Shown here one piece after another: positions 13,669-26,991 of a DNA stretch of 64,000 bases (position 1 is its first letter; every line of letters starts with the position of its first letter). A model generated the notes under the pieces. It saw nothing but the letters and a program-made list of their open reading frames with translations, searched no databases and had not been told where the DNA came from. Location: assembly GCA_951406725.2 (NCBI GenBank), contig OX597834.1:42656001-42720000 (forward strand). Direction: 5' to 3'. Source of the stretch: Octopus vulgaris (taxonomy: Eukaryota). The position numbers and the translations under genes were made by a program.

Positions 13669-13877
13669 CAGTGACCCCTCGAATATCCGCGGGTGTTACC
13701 TTCTAGCCCCACTCCGCAGTAGGGGAAAATTCGCGAAGTAGAAGCGGTACTGTATTTTTTTATAATTATTATTTTCTATAATTTGTATATATTTATTTTA
13801 TTATGAATGCAAAATAACACCAGGGTGGAATCGATGTAAGCGTAAATAATAAAGCACGATTTGGCGATGGATTACTG
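13669..13877. mobile_element. Tc1/pogo (Tigger-like) MITE
   Basis: Begins ta|CAGTGACCCCTCG and ends CGATGGATTACTG|tg (imperfect TIRs, TA-like target). Confidence 0.55.
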
Positions 13878-14043
13878 TGTATATATAATAAAGTGAAAGT
13901 GAAAGTGTATGAATGTACGTGAACTTGTAAATATATATTCGTTTCCATGGTTATACGTATATATATAATTATGTGTGCACGTACATAAATATATCAATAT
14001 ATACGTTTGCAATTGTGTGTGTATGTGCGTCTGTGTGTGTGTG

Positions 14044-14087
<44 letters not shown>

Positions 14088-14126
14088 TATAGCTGTAAAC
14101 ATAAATATATATAAACGTATATAAAC

Positions 14127-14157
<31 letters not shown>

Positions 14158-16547
14158 TGTATATAAATGTTTGTGTGTGGAGGTGCAATGGCTAGGGTAG
14201 CGGACAGGCGGCCTTGGGATCGCGGTTTCAATTCTCAGACCGTGCGTTGTGAGAGTTTATTGTGCGAAAACGCCTCAAGCACCTCATGCTGGGGCACCAC
14301 CCTCAAGGAATTTTTTTTTTATCGAACGAATTGACCCCAGTTGCATATTTCGAAATCTAGTGCTTGTTCTGTCAGTCCCTTTTGACCGGACCGCTAATTT
14401 ACGGGGATGTAAACAGACCATCACCGGTTGCCGATCGGTTGAGGAGTGCAAACGCAGACGCAAAAACGCGTGCGCTTGCACACACACACACACATATACA
14501 GCGAGATTTAACCCCCCCCCCCAACTTTCTCTCACACTTGCTTTCTTACACTTTGTGTGTGTGTGTGTGTGTGTCTATTGAGTTAACTTCAATTTAATAA
14601 CTACTTCGCAACTGTTGTCTGTTACTTCGCGGCTGCTGCCGCCACCTCTACCAACTCCGCCACATCTGCCACTACTCTTGCAATAACAGTAATCTTTATT
14701 ATCAATAATTATTACTGTTATTCTTTAGTGTTGGTATTAGTTGTTGTTGTAGTATTATAATCGTAATTATTTCTGTTGTAAGTATGTTTTGAAGAAGAAA
14801 TATGTCTTAGAAGCGAACATTGTTAAATCGCTTTAGTGTCTGTGTTTGTAGGAAGGAGGTGGGTGGGGTGGGGGCGAGGAAAGGAGGGGAAGGGGGTTCT
14901 TGCTTTCTTTTATGTGTTAAACTCTTCACCAAACATTCATACATACTACTATATATATATATGTGTGTATGTGTGTATATATATATGTGTGTATATATGT
15001 GTGTATGCATATGTATGTGTGTATATATATGTGTGTATGCATATGTATGTGTTTGTATATATATGTGTATATATATATATGTGTGTTTGTATATATGTGT
15101 ATATATATGTGTGTGTATATATGTGTGTATATATATGTGTGTATGTGTGTGTATATATATGTGTGTATATGTGTGTGTGTATATATATGTGTGTGTGTGT
15201 ATATATATATATTGCACGAATACAAATATTACATATGTTATTACATAGGCACACGCGCCTACTTATATAAACAAATATACAAACTTTTACACACACACGT
15301 GTAGGTGTGTATGTGTGTGTGTGTGCATATATGATCTCAGAAACGTGCGTACTTTCTTTCTCTCTCATTTATACGTGCATATATGTACAAGAATGTATAT
15401 ACACTCACACACGCAACAAATCTGTTCAGAGGTTTTACAGAACCAGCTGTGTAATCCATTTTGTTTTTCTCAAGTCTTGATATCAACAAACGAGAGTTCA
15501 TCAACATTATCATCCAGACCACCATCATCATCATTAGTGCCATCATCATCATCATCATCACAATAACTATCATCATCATTATCACCATTATTATTATTTC
15601 ATCCTAATCGTTGTGGTTATCGTCATCGTCGTCATCACCTACAACGTTTTCTTAATGTTTTTTACCTTAATTATCAACATCAAAATGTCGACGATGAGGT
15701 TGACGACGACGACCACCACCACCATCATCATCATCATCACAACCTCCACCATCATCATCGCCACCCCCATTTCATTTCAGTGAGTGATTTACTCTTCACC
15801 ACTTCGGTTTCAAATCGTTTTAAAGATTCTTTTGAGAATTAAAAAAAAGACAGTATATTATTAGTAATATTATATTAGGTCTCCGAGGTGCATAGCTCAG
15901 TGGTTGTGAGTTCGATTCTCTGATCGGGCTGTGTGCTGTGTTCTTGAGCAAGGCACTTTATTTCACATTGCTCCAGTTCACTCAGCTGTAGGATTGAAGT
16001 TGCGACGTCACTGGTGCCAAGCTGTATCGGCCCCTTTGCCTTTCCCTTGGATAACATCAGTGGTATGCATGGGCGACTGCTGGTCTTCTATAAACAACCT
16101 TGCCAGGACTTGGGTCTCGGAGAATTTTCTAGTTGCAACCTCATCGTTATTCATGGTCAAATGGGAGTCTGTACCCATTATATTAGACCTCAAACGAAGT
16201 CAAACGGTTTCCATATTTACTTCTTAATCCGGTGTTCTTAATTTGTTCTAATGAATTATATGTCATTTACGCAGGTGACTGCGGATACCAGTAATATTGA
16301 TTTCATATATTTGCACTAGGCCAGCAAATAGAGTTTAACACATAAAAGAGATAAGTCGTTTCCATCGACCCAAGTGCTCAGGTCGTACGTATTTCATCGA
16401 CTCTGAAAGGGATGGATGGCAAAGTCGACCCCGGCGTAATTTGAACTTGAATATAAAGACGGACTAGCATACTAGTAATATTGAAGGTTTATCGTTAGCT
16501 CAGTTTATAAGACACCATACGGCCTTAAGAAGTTGTTGGCTAATTTA

Positions 16548-16787
16548 TCTTTTACTGGTTTCAGTCATTTGGTGGGGAATACTCGTAGATACAGAGACAC
16601 ATACATAGATATATATATATACATATATGCGACGGGCTTCTTACTTTCGTTTACCAAATCCACTCACAAGGTTTTGATCGAGCCAAGACAATGATAGTAG
16701 ACATTTTCCCAAAGTGACATACAGTGGGACTGAACCCGTGACCATGTTGTTGAGAAGCAAGCTTCTTACCACACAGCCACGCCTGCG
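16548..16787 (-). mobile_element. SINE-A copy with internal deletion
   Basis: Head and extreme tail present; middle missing. Confidence 0.75.
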
Positions 16788-17126
16788 TAATTTCTCACGA
16801 AAAAGAAAATTTCAAGACATAATTATTTCTGCTTTTCTCTTGCCCTCCATTTTATGTCCGTCTGTCTTCCTGTCTGTCTCTCTCGCCCCTTCTCTCTTTG
16901 CCATAAATTGTTATAACTTGGTTATTTTTCGCTCAACACTATTCAACACAATGCCTCTTGTACAACTGAATTCACTCGCCAGAAACTTGTGTAACTTAAA
17001 GCATTACTAATCTAAATGCATCTGCATATAAAAATTTACATTAATTCAATCGAATCGACTTTGTAATAATCTAATTACACTTTTTTTTTTTTTCGTTTAA
17101 TTCTAGGTACAGACGATCAATTAAGT

Positions 17127-17398
17127 ATGACCCCTAAAACAGGCGGATCAGTGGCTGGCTTGTCCGAAGTAGAAAATACCAATAGTCCATCAAACGTAAT
17201 GAACAATCAGTTACCCAGAGCAAAATCTTGCGCGGGGTGCGGAGCTAAAATTGTCGATAAATTCCTCCTTTATGCTATGGACCGCTACTGGCACACCGGC
17301 TGTTTGAAATGTGCGTGCTGCCAGGCTCCTCTTGGCGAAATCGGTTCCTCCTGTTTTACCAAAGCTGGAATGATTCTTTGCAGAAACGACTATATCAG
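17127..17398 (+). CDS. LMO4: LIM domain only protein (LMO4-like), first coding exon with LIM1; exon probably starts at acceptor 17107
   Basis: Translates MTPKTGG...CAGCGAKIVDKFLLYAMDRYWHTGCLKCACCQAPLGEIGSSCFTKAGMILCRNDYI(R), a full LIM zinc-ligand pattern (CxxC, HxxCxxCxxC, CxxD) closely resembling LMO4. A T-rich tract and tag acceptor sit at 17104-17106. The donor is AG|gtaaat at 17398/17399 (phase 2). Confidence 0.93.
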
Positions 17399-17608
17399 GT
17401 AAATTCTTGAAATTCCAATTCGAATTGTTTGGTTACCAAGTCGTAGTTCAATTACGAGTATTTCTTTCTTTTGGTAATGTTTCCCAATCCTAAATTTTGA
17501 AATCATGTTTTTTCTTTTTGGTCCTCTCTCTGGCATTTCAGGTTTTCTTTGCATCTCTCTTTTTCCTTTATTTCAAATCTTTACAAAATTGATTTCTTGC
17601 ATTACACT

Positions 17609-18032
17609 TTACTCTCTCTCTTTACTCTTTTACTTGTTTCAGTCATTTGACGGTGGCCATGCTGGAGCACCGCCTTTTAGTCGAGCAAATCGACCCCAGG
17701 ACCTATTCTTTGTAAGCCTAGTACTTATTCTATCGGTCTCTTTTGCCGAACCGTTAGGTGACGGGGACGTAAACATACCAGCATCGGTTGTTAAGCGATG
17801 TTGGGTAGGTGGGATAAACACAGACACACAAACATATACGTACATATATATATATATATATATACATAAGGCGGGCTTCTTTCAGTTTCTGTCTACCAAA
17901 TCAACTCGCATGGCTTTGGTCGGCCCGAGGCTATAATAGAAGACACTTGCCCAAGGTGCCACGCAGTGGGACTGAACCCGGAACCATGTGGTTGGTAAGC
18001 AAGCTACTTACCACACAGCCACTCCTGCGCCT
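17609..18032 (-). mobile_element. SINE-A copy, full length
   Basis: Near-consensus reverse complement. Confidence 0.9.
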
Positions 18033-18673
18033 GTTAATTCTACTTGAAAAACGTTAAGATTACAACTGAAAAAAAAACATACAAAATGCTGCAACTCGTG
18101 ATCGAACCGGGGATCTTGTTACAATGAAAGGAAAATCTTCACTATACGGTAATGACTGCACAACATCTGACACTTTACTATAAATATATTGGTCAATATC
18201 CAAAACGTTCAAATGAATTTTCATTGTCCATTAACTAAAAGAATTCCGACAACGGTCGAGTGAAATTGATAGTTTGGATATATTTTCCAGTTATCCAAAC
18301 ATGGCCAATTGATTTTTAGTGCAGTCAACGAGAAGAAATCTTCGTCGAGGCACGTTTTGGGAACGACAAGATTTTACAAGTCGCTGTAACGGCACCAGTC
18401 GAAATGCATAAGATACCAACATTAAGTTGTATTCGCTCGACAGAGAAATATTTATTGTCTCTAGCAGAGTCAGACAAGATTAACAGAACAAACTTAGGTT
18501 GTTTAATCAAGGGAACAAAAATCAGTTGTTCTGTTTAAGGAAATACAAAAGTTCAGTCATCTATCTCCCACATTTGTGTGTATTATTTATATATATATAT
18601 ATATATGACACGCATACATTTGTATATATTGTTGTTAAACAATAATATTATTGATAGTGAGTTCGAAGTTTTT

Positions 18674-18838
18674 CGGCGCAGGGAGTGGCTGTGTGGTAAC
18701 TAGCTTGCTTACCAACCACATGGTTCCTCGTTCAGTCGCACTGTGTGGCACCTTGGGCAAGTGTCTTCTACTATAGCCTCGGGCTGACCAAAGCCTTGTG
18801 AGAGGATTTGGTAGACGGAAACTGAAAGAAGCCCGTCG

Positions 18839-18886
<48 letters not shown>

Positions 18887-19100
18887 GTGTGTGTGCGTGT
18901 GTGTGTGCATGTATGTGTCTGTTTCTCCACGATCGCTTGACAACCGTTGTTGGCGTGTTTACGTCCCAGTCATTTAGCGGTTCGGCAAAAGAGACAGATA
19001 GAATAAGTACAAGGCTTACAAAGAATAATTCCTGGGGTCGATTTGCTTGACGAAAGACGTTGCTCCAGCATGGCCACAATCAAATGACAAACAAATAAAA
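18674..19100 (+). mobile_element. SINE-A copy, full length
   Basis: ggcgcagggagtggctgtgtgg...ccagcatggccacaatcaaatgac. Confidence 0.9.
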
Positions 19101-19993
19101 GTATATATAGCGCCAGGTGGTGCTATTAAGTTAGACATGGTCTGGGCCAATACTGGCCAAAACCTTTCTAAGTTATTATATATATTCTTGTATGTATATA
19201 AACCTGAATACACTCAAAACCCTGCCACCCCGATATATATACCGTGCCATTACTCCGTTTGCATGGTAGATCAATTCAGGGTAAAACCGTACTAAACAAA
19301 ATCGTGTGCAAGGAAAACTGATCAGCTTTTAATGATATTAATAAAAGAGTGCGTTTTGCACCAAAAATCCAATACGAGGGTTTCTCTCATTGTAACTACC
19401 GTAATTAGTTTGTTCCAACAGGACATCCGGGTTTAAAGGCGGCGCGCTGGCAGTAACGGTAGCACGCCGGGTGAAATGCTTGGTGGTATTTCGTCTGCCT
19501 TTACTTTCTGAGTTCAAATTCCGTCGAGGTCAACTTTGCCTTTCATCCTTCTTGGGGGTCGATAAATTAAGTACCAGTTGCGTGCTGGGGTTGATGTAAT
19601 CGACTGACCTCCACTCCCCAAAAATTTCGGGCTTTGTGTCTACAAAAGAACACCCACGTTTAAGTGGGGATAAATATTACCAATTAATAAAAAGAAATTA
19701 AATTAAATAGAAATTATAAACACGATGTTACACACACACTCCCCCCCTCTCTCTCTATATATATATGGATAAATGAAGTCAAAGACAGGTGTTATTCAAA
19801 TCATTGAACCTTGGAATTTCTACCTTTGTAGTAGGCTGTAATATCTTTGGCACTTGTGTGAATTTTTGCTACCCTGGTAACTATTTATCTATTTTTTCCT
19901 TGTTATTCGTACACATTGAAAAAATATACATATATATATATATATATATATAAATAATAAATGTAAGGTGTTTGTATGATTATGTATAGAGGA

Positions 19994-20371
19994 ATATATT
20001 ATTCAAAGGAATTCCAACTCTGTTTTTAACGTTTTATTTATATTTTTATAATATTAATGTAGGATATAGAATATATAGTATAAATAATAAAATGAAATGA
20101 AGGATTGATTGTCTTATTGAACAGATGAAATATTGAATAACAAATATTAAGGGAATGTTTCACAGTTGGAACATTCCTGTCACAACCTGGGACCTTGAAG
20201 ACTGCTTAAATGCAAGAAAGTATACTAGTTCCTTAATATTTGATATTCAATATTTCATCTATTCAATAAGATAATCAATACTTCATTTCATTTTACTATA
20301 TTCTACATTAATATTATAAAGAATATAAATAAAGCATAAAAACAGAGTTGGAATTCCTTTGAATAATATAT
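19994..20371. mobile_element. Fold-back element with ~145-160 bp inverted arms and a central degenerate hammerhead
   Basis: The left arm tattcaaaggaattccaactctgttttta...caaatattaagg (19994-20153) is the reverse complement of 20229-20371. The centre reads GGGAC-CTTGAAGA-CTGC-ttaaat-GCAA-GAA-AGTATACT-A-GTTCC (20189-20232). Confidence 0.7.
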
Positions 20372-22602
20372 ATATAAGGAGAAGATCGTTATTTTAAATA
20401 GCGATCAAATCTAGTGGCAGCATGGGAAGAAAAAACACCTTACAGTTTATAATAATTAGAAGTATAAATAATCTTAGATACCCGTATTTGTATAATTTTA
20501 ATACACGCGCACACACGGACAGACGAGTGTTTGTGTATTTATACATGCATATATGTTTATGTATGAATGCATGTATGTATCTCCAACCATATATGTACAT
20601 ATTTATATTGTGTATGCGTGAGGACTTAGAAACTTCAAGAGCTACGTAAACATCATCATCATCATCATTACGAACAACAATAGCAGCAGTAGTAGTAGTA
20701 GGAATCCTAGCAAACCGAATCAATCAGCTGTCAGGTTGATGACGGACGAGAATAAATAACTTTAAAGTAATTTGGCAGCTGCTAATTCAAAGGATCTAAA
20801 GGTAATTAGCCGTCCGCACCTCTCTTCGGCAATTTGCTTATCCCTCCCTGCCTTTCACCAGCATTTACCAGTTAATAGGCGTTAGAGACGAGTGTTTCGT
20901 GGCTGAATCTTGACTCATTGGAAAAACAGCTTATTAAATTTGATGACGATGCTGGTGATAATGATAGGGATGGCAGATGATGATGATGACGATGGGGAAA
21001 GTGATGGTTTTGATGCTAGCGATGACAAGATGATAATGTTGATGTCATGCCTGATGACCACCACGCCTACGGGATCAGTGGCGATGTTAGAGTTGGCGAT
21101 AATGATATTAATGACGCCTAACATTTGACCTGTAAGGGCTATTGTTTGTTTTTCGATCTCGGCAAGGTGGGATCGGAGTCAAAGGGAAACCGAGCGAGTT
21201 GCGAACAGGTTATTTAAGCCAATGATCAAATGACTGTAATTAATCAAGCGCACTTACTACTACTTCTACTACTACTACTACTACTACTACTACTTAATAT
21301 TAATCCTTTCTACTATAAGCACCAGGCCTGAAATCTTGGGGGAAGGGGCAAGTCGATTACATCTGGTACTGAATTTATCGACTTCGGAAAGGATGTAAGA
21401 TAAAGTCGACCTCGGCGGCATTTGAACTCAGAACGTGAGGATAGACGAAATACGGCTATGCATGTCGCCCGGTGTACTTACGATTCTGCAGCTTGCTGCC
21501 TTTCATTTTCTCTTATTTTTTTTTGTACGAGGCCCGCAATTTCGAGGTAAGGGTAAACCCGATTACATCGATACTAGTGTCCAACAGGAAACGGTCTTTC
21601 CTAGGGCTAAATAACAGTAGCATTCTTCCTTTTCATGGGACTGTCACAATAAGTTGACAACATGCTATCACTTTATCGTGCTGCTACTGCATAAATCTCT
21701 CTGAGAGATTAAGAAATATAGTATTTCTATTTTCAATATTAATTTTAATCTTTAGTTTCGTACGTTGTACTAAAACCAAACAACGCGTGTCATATTCTGT
21801 ATGAACATATGACAATTGGATACTTTCCTTAGCATGAAACCAATGGTAGCCTCAATTCACAAATAAAGAAATCATTACCAACAATACGGTTCTGAGCACT
21901 CATGTACATCGTTTACGTATATATTTGTATATTAGTAAATTAAACAAAATTCATTAAAAAATGAGTGCTTTATTGATATTTACCTGGATTATTTAATCTC
22001 TTTTCTTCTTCCCTCTCTCTTTCTGTGTGTGTACATATGCGTATGTATGTATATATATATATATATATGCTGCATGAACGTCAGGAAATTATAATTCTCT
22101 GTAAAAATATATCTTAGTTCTTTCGTAAATCAATAAACATTAATAAAGAAAAGATTACCATAACTAATGAAATAACAATAACAACAACAATAATAATAAT
22201 AATCGTAATTATAATGATTATAATAATTATTATTAATATTGTTTGTTTTTGTTTTCTTCCCTCATGATACGTAATGTTGAGAGATTAATTATAAATATGA
22301 CTAATAATCCGAGATTATCACAGATTAATTAGAGATTTAATACTGTCTTTTAGTTTTTCTTTTTTTCATGTCTAATCAGCTATAAACACCCTCAAAGACA
22401 CACGTACACACGTATATACAAACTCACATATAGAAAACACGAGCAAATATAGATCGGAATACAGACAGAATAATTCACGTTCATAATTATATCTATTTCT
22501 GTGTATACATTTACGTGTAATTCCGTAAGTACTTTTATGTAGGTATGTATGTGACTGATCATATCTACATAGGCAAACTTGTGAGTTGATATACGTACAA
22601 AA

Positions 22603-22818
22603 TATTCTTTTCTACTCTAGGCACAAGACCCGAAAAGTTGTGGGAGGGGGCTAGTCGATTAGATCGACCCTAGTACGCAACTGGTACTTAATTTATCGAC
22701 CCCGAAAGGATGAAAGGCAAAGTCAACCTCGGCGGAATTTGAACTCGGAACGTAGCGCCAGGCGAAATACTGCTAAGTATTTCACTCGGCGTGTTAACGT
22801 TTCTGCCTGCTCACCGCA
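22603..22818 (-). mobile_element. SINE-B monomer (others near 2600, 5000, 9015, 16315, 19437, 21300, 31210, 44255, 51722, 56165, 56455)
   Basis: Reverse complement of head, body and tail Y. Confidence 0.85.
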
Positions 22819-22837
22819 CATATATATATATATATAT

Positions 22838-23040
22838 ATCGCGTGTTTACCGTTGGCGATTTTTTCCCTCTGTCTTCCCTTCTCTGGATCTTTCCTTCTC
22901 CTATGTTTCCGAGGAAGAGCTCTGCTCGAAACGTTAAACCCTCCCTCTTTCCTTCTTTCCTGAGCGTCCAATAATACTATATTTGTTCCACGTCCTCGCG
23001 TTGTTGTGTTTTTGTTGTGCTTTCTTGTTTGGATTAACTT
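22838..23040 (+). mobile_element. Family H1 copy with mutated hammerhead core
   Basis: CCGAGGA (22909-15)-A-GAGC-TCT-GCTC-GAAACGTT...GAGCGTC (GTC 22966-68); homologous to 60348-60557; (TA)n on both sides. Confidence 0.7.
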
Positions 23041-23680
23041 TATATATATATGTGTGTGTGTATGTATTCTTTTCTACTTTGCGCATTTTATCGTCATATA
23101 TATTTTCTCCTTGACTAGTTTCAGTCATTAGACTACGGCCAGGCTAGAGCACCGCCTCGAAGGATTTTGTTTTTACGGGGATGTAAACAAGCCGAGTGGT
23201 GGTGGGAACACGCACGTGCGCGCTTATACCCACATACTTACATGCACACTCGATGATATCCGAACAGGAATTTCTCTTAGTGCCAGAGTTTCGTTTGAAA
23301 CCGTTTCTTCAATCTCACCTTCAACCATCACGTGAGATACGTAGATTACTCACAGTAAATATTTTACTTTTAAATCCTGGTACTTATTCTATAGGTCACT
23401 TTTGCCGAACCGCTAATTTATAGGATCGTAAACACACCAACACCGGTTTCCAATGCTTGTTCACTCATCCCCTGACAATGAGCTTCTTCTTTTCGTTAGT
23501 GTCATACCAGGGATGCTAACGAAAAAAAATCCTTGTTTCTTGTGATAATCTCCCCTGCTGAACTATAAACCTGTATGTCTGTGTGTAGAGAGAGAGGGGG
23601 AGGGAGAGAGAGAGAGTAGCTTGCTTTAAGTAGTGTACAAATTTTATAAATTAAGTTATAGGTTTACGGGATTTATGAGG

Positions 23681-23719
23681 TCTCCTGATGAATCGGATAC
23701 GAGACGAAAGCGCTAAATA
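23681..23719 (+). ncRNA. Degenerate hammerhead-like motif
   Basis: CTGATGA (23685-91), partial stem II TCG-gata-CGA, GAA, palindrome AGCGCT, then A. Stem I does not pair. Confidence 0.3.
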
Positions 23720-23750
23720 AATAATTATCCAAAATTTGACCGCCTCCTTT

Positions 23751-23791
<41 letters not shown>

Positions 23792-24367
23792 GAGAGATTG
23801 TGAGAAATGCACTTGAACTCATACCCTGACTAATCCTTTTAACCAATTTTTGTTTTTCAAAATCTGAAACCGTCCTACAAAACAAGCATGTACATCTGCA
23901 TAACCAGATTAAAATCCCAGTTTTCTGAGACGTACACCCTCCATCTCAACACCCACCTTTAATCGGCACTTAAAGACTGTTCTGTAATCATATTCAGTTT
24001 ATATCTCCAGAAAACATACCTATAATTATGATGCCTTCATGCATCTTTCCTAAGCATTTAATTATTAACGGCGCTAATATTATTAGGGAACATAGTTTCA
24101 GATATCTAGAAGCATATACACTCTTCATATTAATTCACTTCCACCACAAAGCATCATGTGATGACAAGATGAAGTTTATAATCTGTGGCCATGAGAAGTC
24201 GCGATTTCTTTTTTATTGTACGCCTTACTAACATACTTATTTATAATATTAGAGCAGGTTTCAATACATACACCGTATAATTATAATCTAGTAATTAGGC
24301 AATCTGCATAAGTAGTCAGTACTCGTATCAATTTCGAAGTAATATATATATATATATATATATATAT

Positions 24368-24716
24368 ACTTTTACTTGTTTCAGTCATTTGGCTGCAGAC
24401 AGGCTGGAGCACCGCCTTTAATCATACAAATCGACCCCAGGACTTATTCTTTGTAAGCCTAGTACCTACTCTATTCAAGTCTCTTTTGCCGAACCGCTAA
24501 ATCACGGTGGCGTAAACAGACCAACATCGGTTGTCGAGCACAGATACATAATATGTATATAGATATACGACGAGCTTCTTTCAGTTTCCATCAACCAAAT
24601 CCACTCACAAGAATTTGGTCGGCCCGAGGCTATTGTAGAAGACAGTTGGCAAAGGTGCCACGCAGTGAGACTGAACCCAGAACCATGTGGTTGGAGAGCA
24701 AGCTTCTTATCTCACA
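24368..24716 (-). mobile_element. SINE-A copy
   Basis: Reverse complement of consensus. Confidence 0.85.
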
Positions 24717-26127
24717 CACGTATATTTTTTTGCTGTGATTATTTGGTAAGGAGTGCTGATTTTACACTTTTGTAAATAATAATGATAATCATATTTTATA
24801 AGGTGAAGGCTTATAAGCGATCACCATGCATTGACTAAGGAAAATACTGGGGCATATAAGCTCTATGGCAAAGTAACGTTCAAGCAATTAAGATATCTTC
24901 TGTCTGATGAATAGATAGCTGAGTCCCTTTCGTTGAGTAGGTTTTACATTAGAAAATCTGCTTGCTGCGAAATATATGTAGCCTAGACTTTACCTGTTCC
25001 ACTCACTCAATTTGCATTTTTATTCGCATTCATTGTTCGACTAAAGGCGGTGCTCCAGCATGGCTGCAGTCAAATGACTGAAACAAGTAAAAGAATATAT
25101 ATATATATGGGGGTCTTCGTAAATGTATATAAGGACACAGGAAATAATGTGTCGAAGCCATCAGGAAGGGCTAAACAGCGGTGGTGTAACCCCCCTACTG
25201 TCAAAACGTGTTAGATTGACAGTATACAACCATTCTATCGCCCCACCACCGTACGTATCTCTAAGAGAGATTTAGAAATTTAATATTTCTGATATATATA
25301 TATACACGAAAGACTCCTTTCAGTTTCCGGCTACCAAATCCACTCACAAGGCTGTGGTTGGCCCGAGGCTATAACGGAAGATAATTGCCCAAGGTGCCTC
25401 GCAGTGGGACTGAGCCTGGAACCATCCGGTAGTGAAGCAAGCTTCTAACCGCACCGCCACGCTGCCTGGGCCTCAATTTCTTTGTATTCTGTATGATCAG
25501 TTACATAACTGACTGTAGAAGAAAGAATATTGTCTAGAATATGAAAAGTCACGGATGGAACATTTTCAACAGGGGTGTGCTCCCCACTGGAACACCCTGG
25601 GGTTAATTAGAAAAAGCAACGACACTACAAACAGCAACAAGAACATAAGGATATTGCACGTAGCCTATGTATGAATGGTGGCCACCACTATTAAAAATAT
25701 TCAAGCGTCTAACTGCTAAGCGGTTTCATTGTAAATCCATTACAACGCAATGACCGCTGTATCGTAAATTAAAATAATCCATTCTACTCAATGACCTCAT
25801 CGTTATCTCTTTAACCAAATCCGTTTTACTGAGTGACCGCTGGTAAAAAACAAACAAACAAACAAACGAACGAATGAGTAAACGGCTGAAGAAGGAGAAG
25901 AAGAAGGAAAATAAAGCAAATCTGGAAGGAAGATAGAAAGAGGCCGGGCTCATGACGATTTTATTTCATTAATTGTAAAATGGGCGCTGAGATGTCTGGA
26001 TGTGGCGGGAGAAGAAATTTAAGGGTGTATTTAAATTACACCCTTAAGTGATGAAAACGTATCATTAAAGGAGGGTGCGTGCGTATATGTGCGTGTGTGT
26101 GTGTAGTATTTTATATATGTATATACG

Positions 26128-26163
<36 letters not shown>

Positions 26164-26273
26164 CACACATATGAACGTACGTGCGTTTGTATATGTTGAT
26201 ACGTTACACACACATAAATGTATGTATACCTATATATAAGAATAAATGTAAATGTATATATATATATATAAAT

Positions 26274-26306
<33 letters not shown>

Positions 26307-26479
26307 CATACACACACACACACATATATATATACATACACACACACACACATATATAGATACATACACACACACACATATATATATACATACACACACA
26401 CATATATATATACATTCACACACACACACATATATATATACACACACACACACATATATACACACACACACATATATAT

Positions 26480-26528
<49 letters not shown>

Positions 26529-26991
26529 TATATATACACACACACAAATATATATACACACACACATATATATACATATATATGTACGTATGTATGTATT
26601 TATGTGTGTATGCCTGTAGGCGACAAGTAAGTATATTATACATTATAATCATCAGCAGAAAACAAATGGAAAAGAAAAAATAAACAGCGAAAAGATAAGA
26701 GAGAGAGAGAGGGGGGAAGAGGTTGGGGGTGGGGAGAGCGAAATGAAGTTAATCAGGAGATTTGCTCTGTCATTACATTAAATAAAAACCTACCACTTTT
26801 AACCCTAATAAAAACGTGAGCTTAGTTCTAAATAGATTATAGACTTGCGTTCGTTTATTTACTTCACAACTGTAAGCAACTGTAAAACCTCAATTTGTGT
26901 TATTCCGTTAAACTTTCTCTCACATTGCCATCAACTGCCGTCTGATATGCTGACTTGCTTTTTTTTTCTTTTCTATTATCATCGTTTTTAT

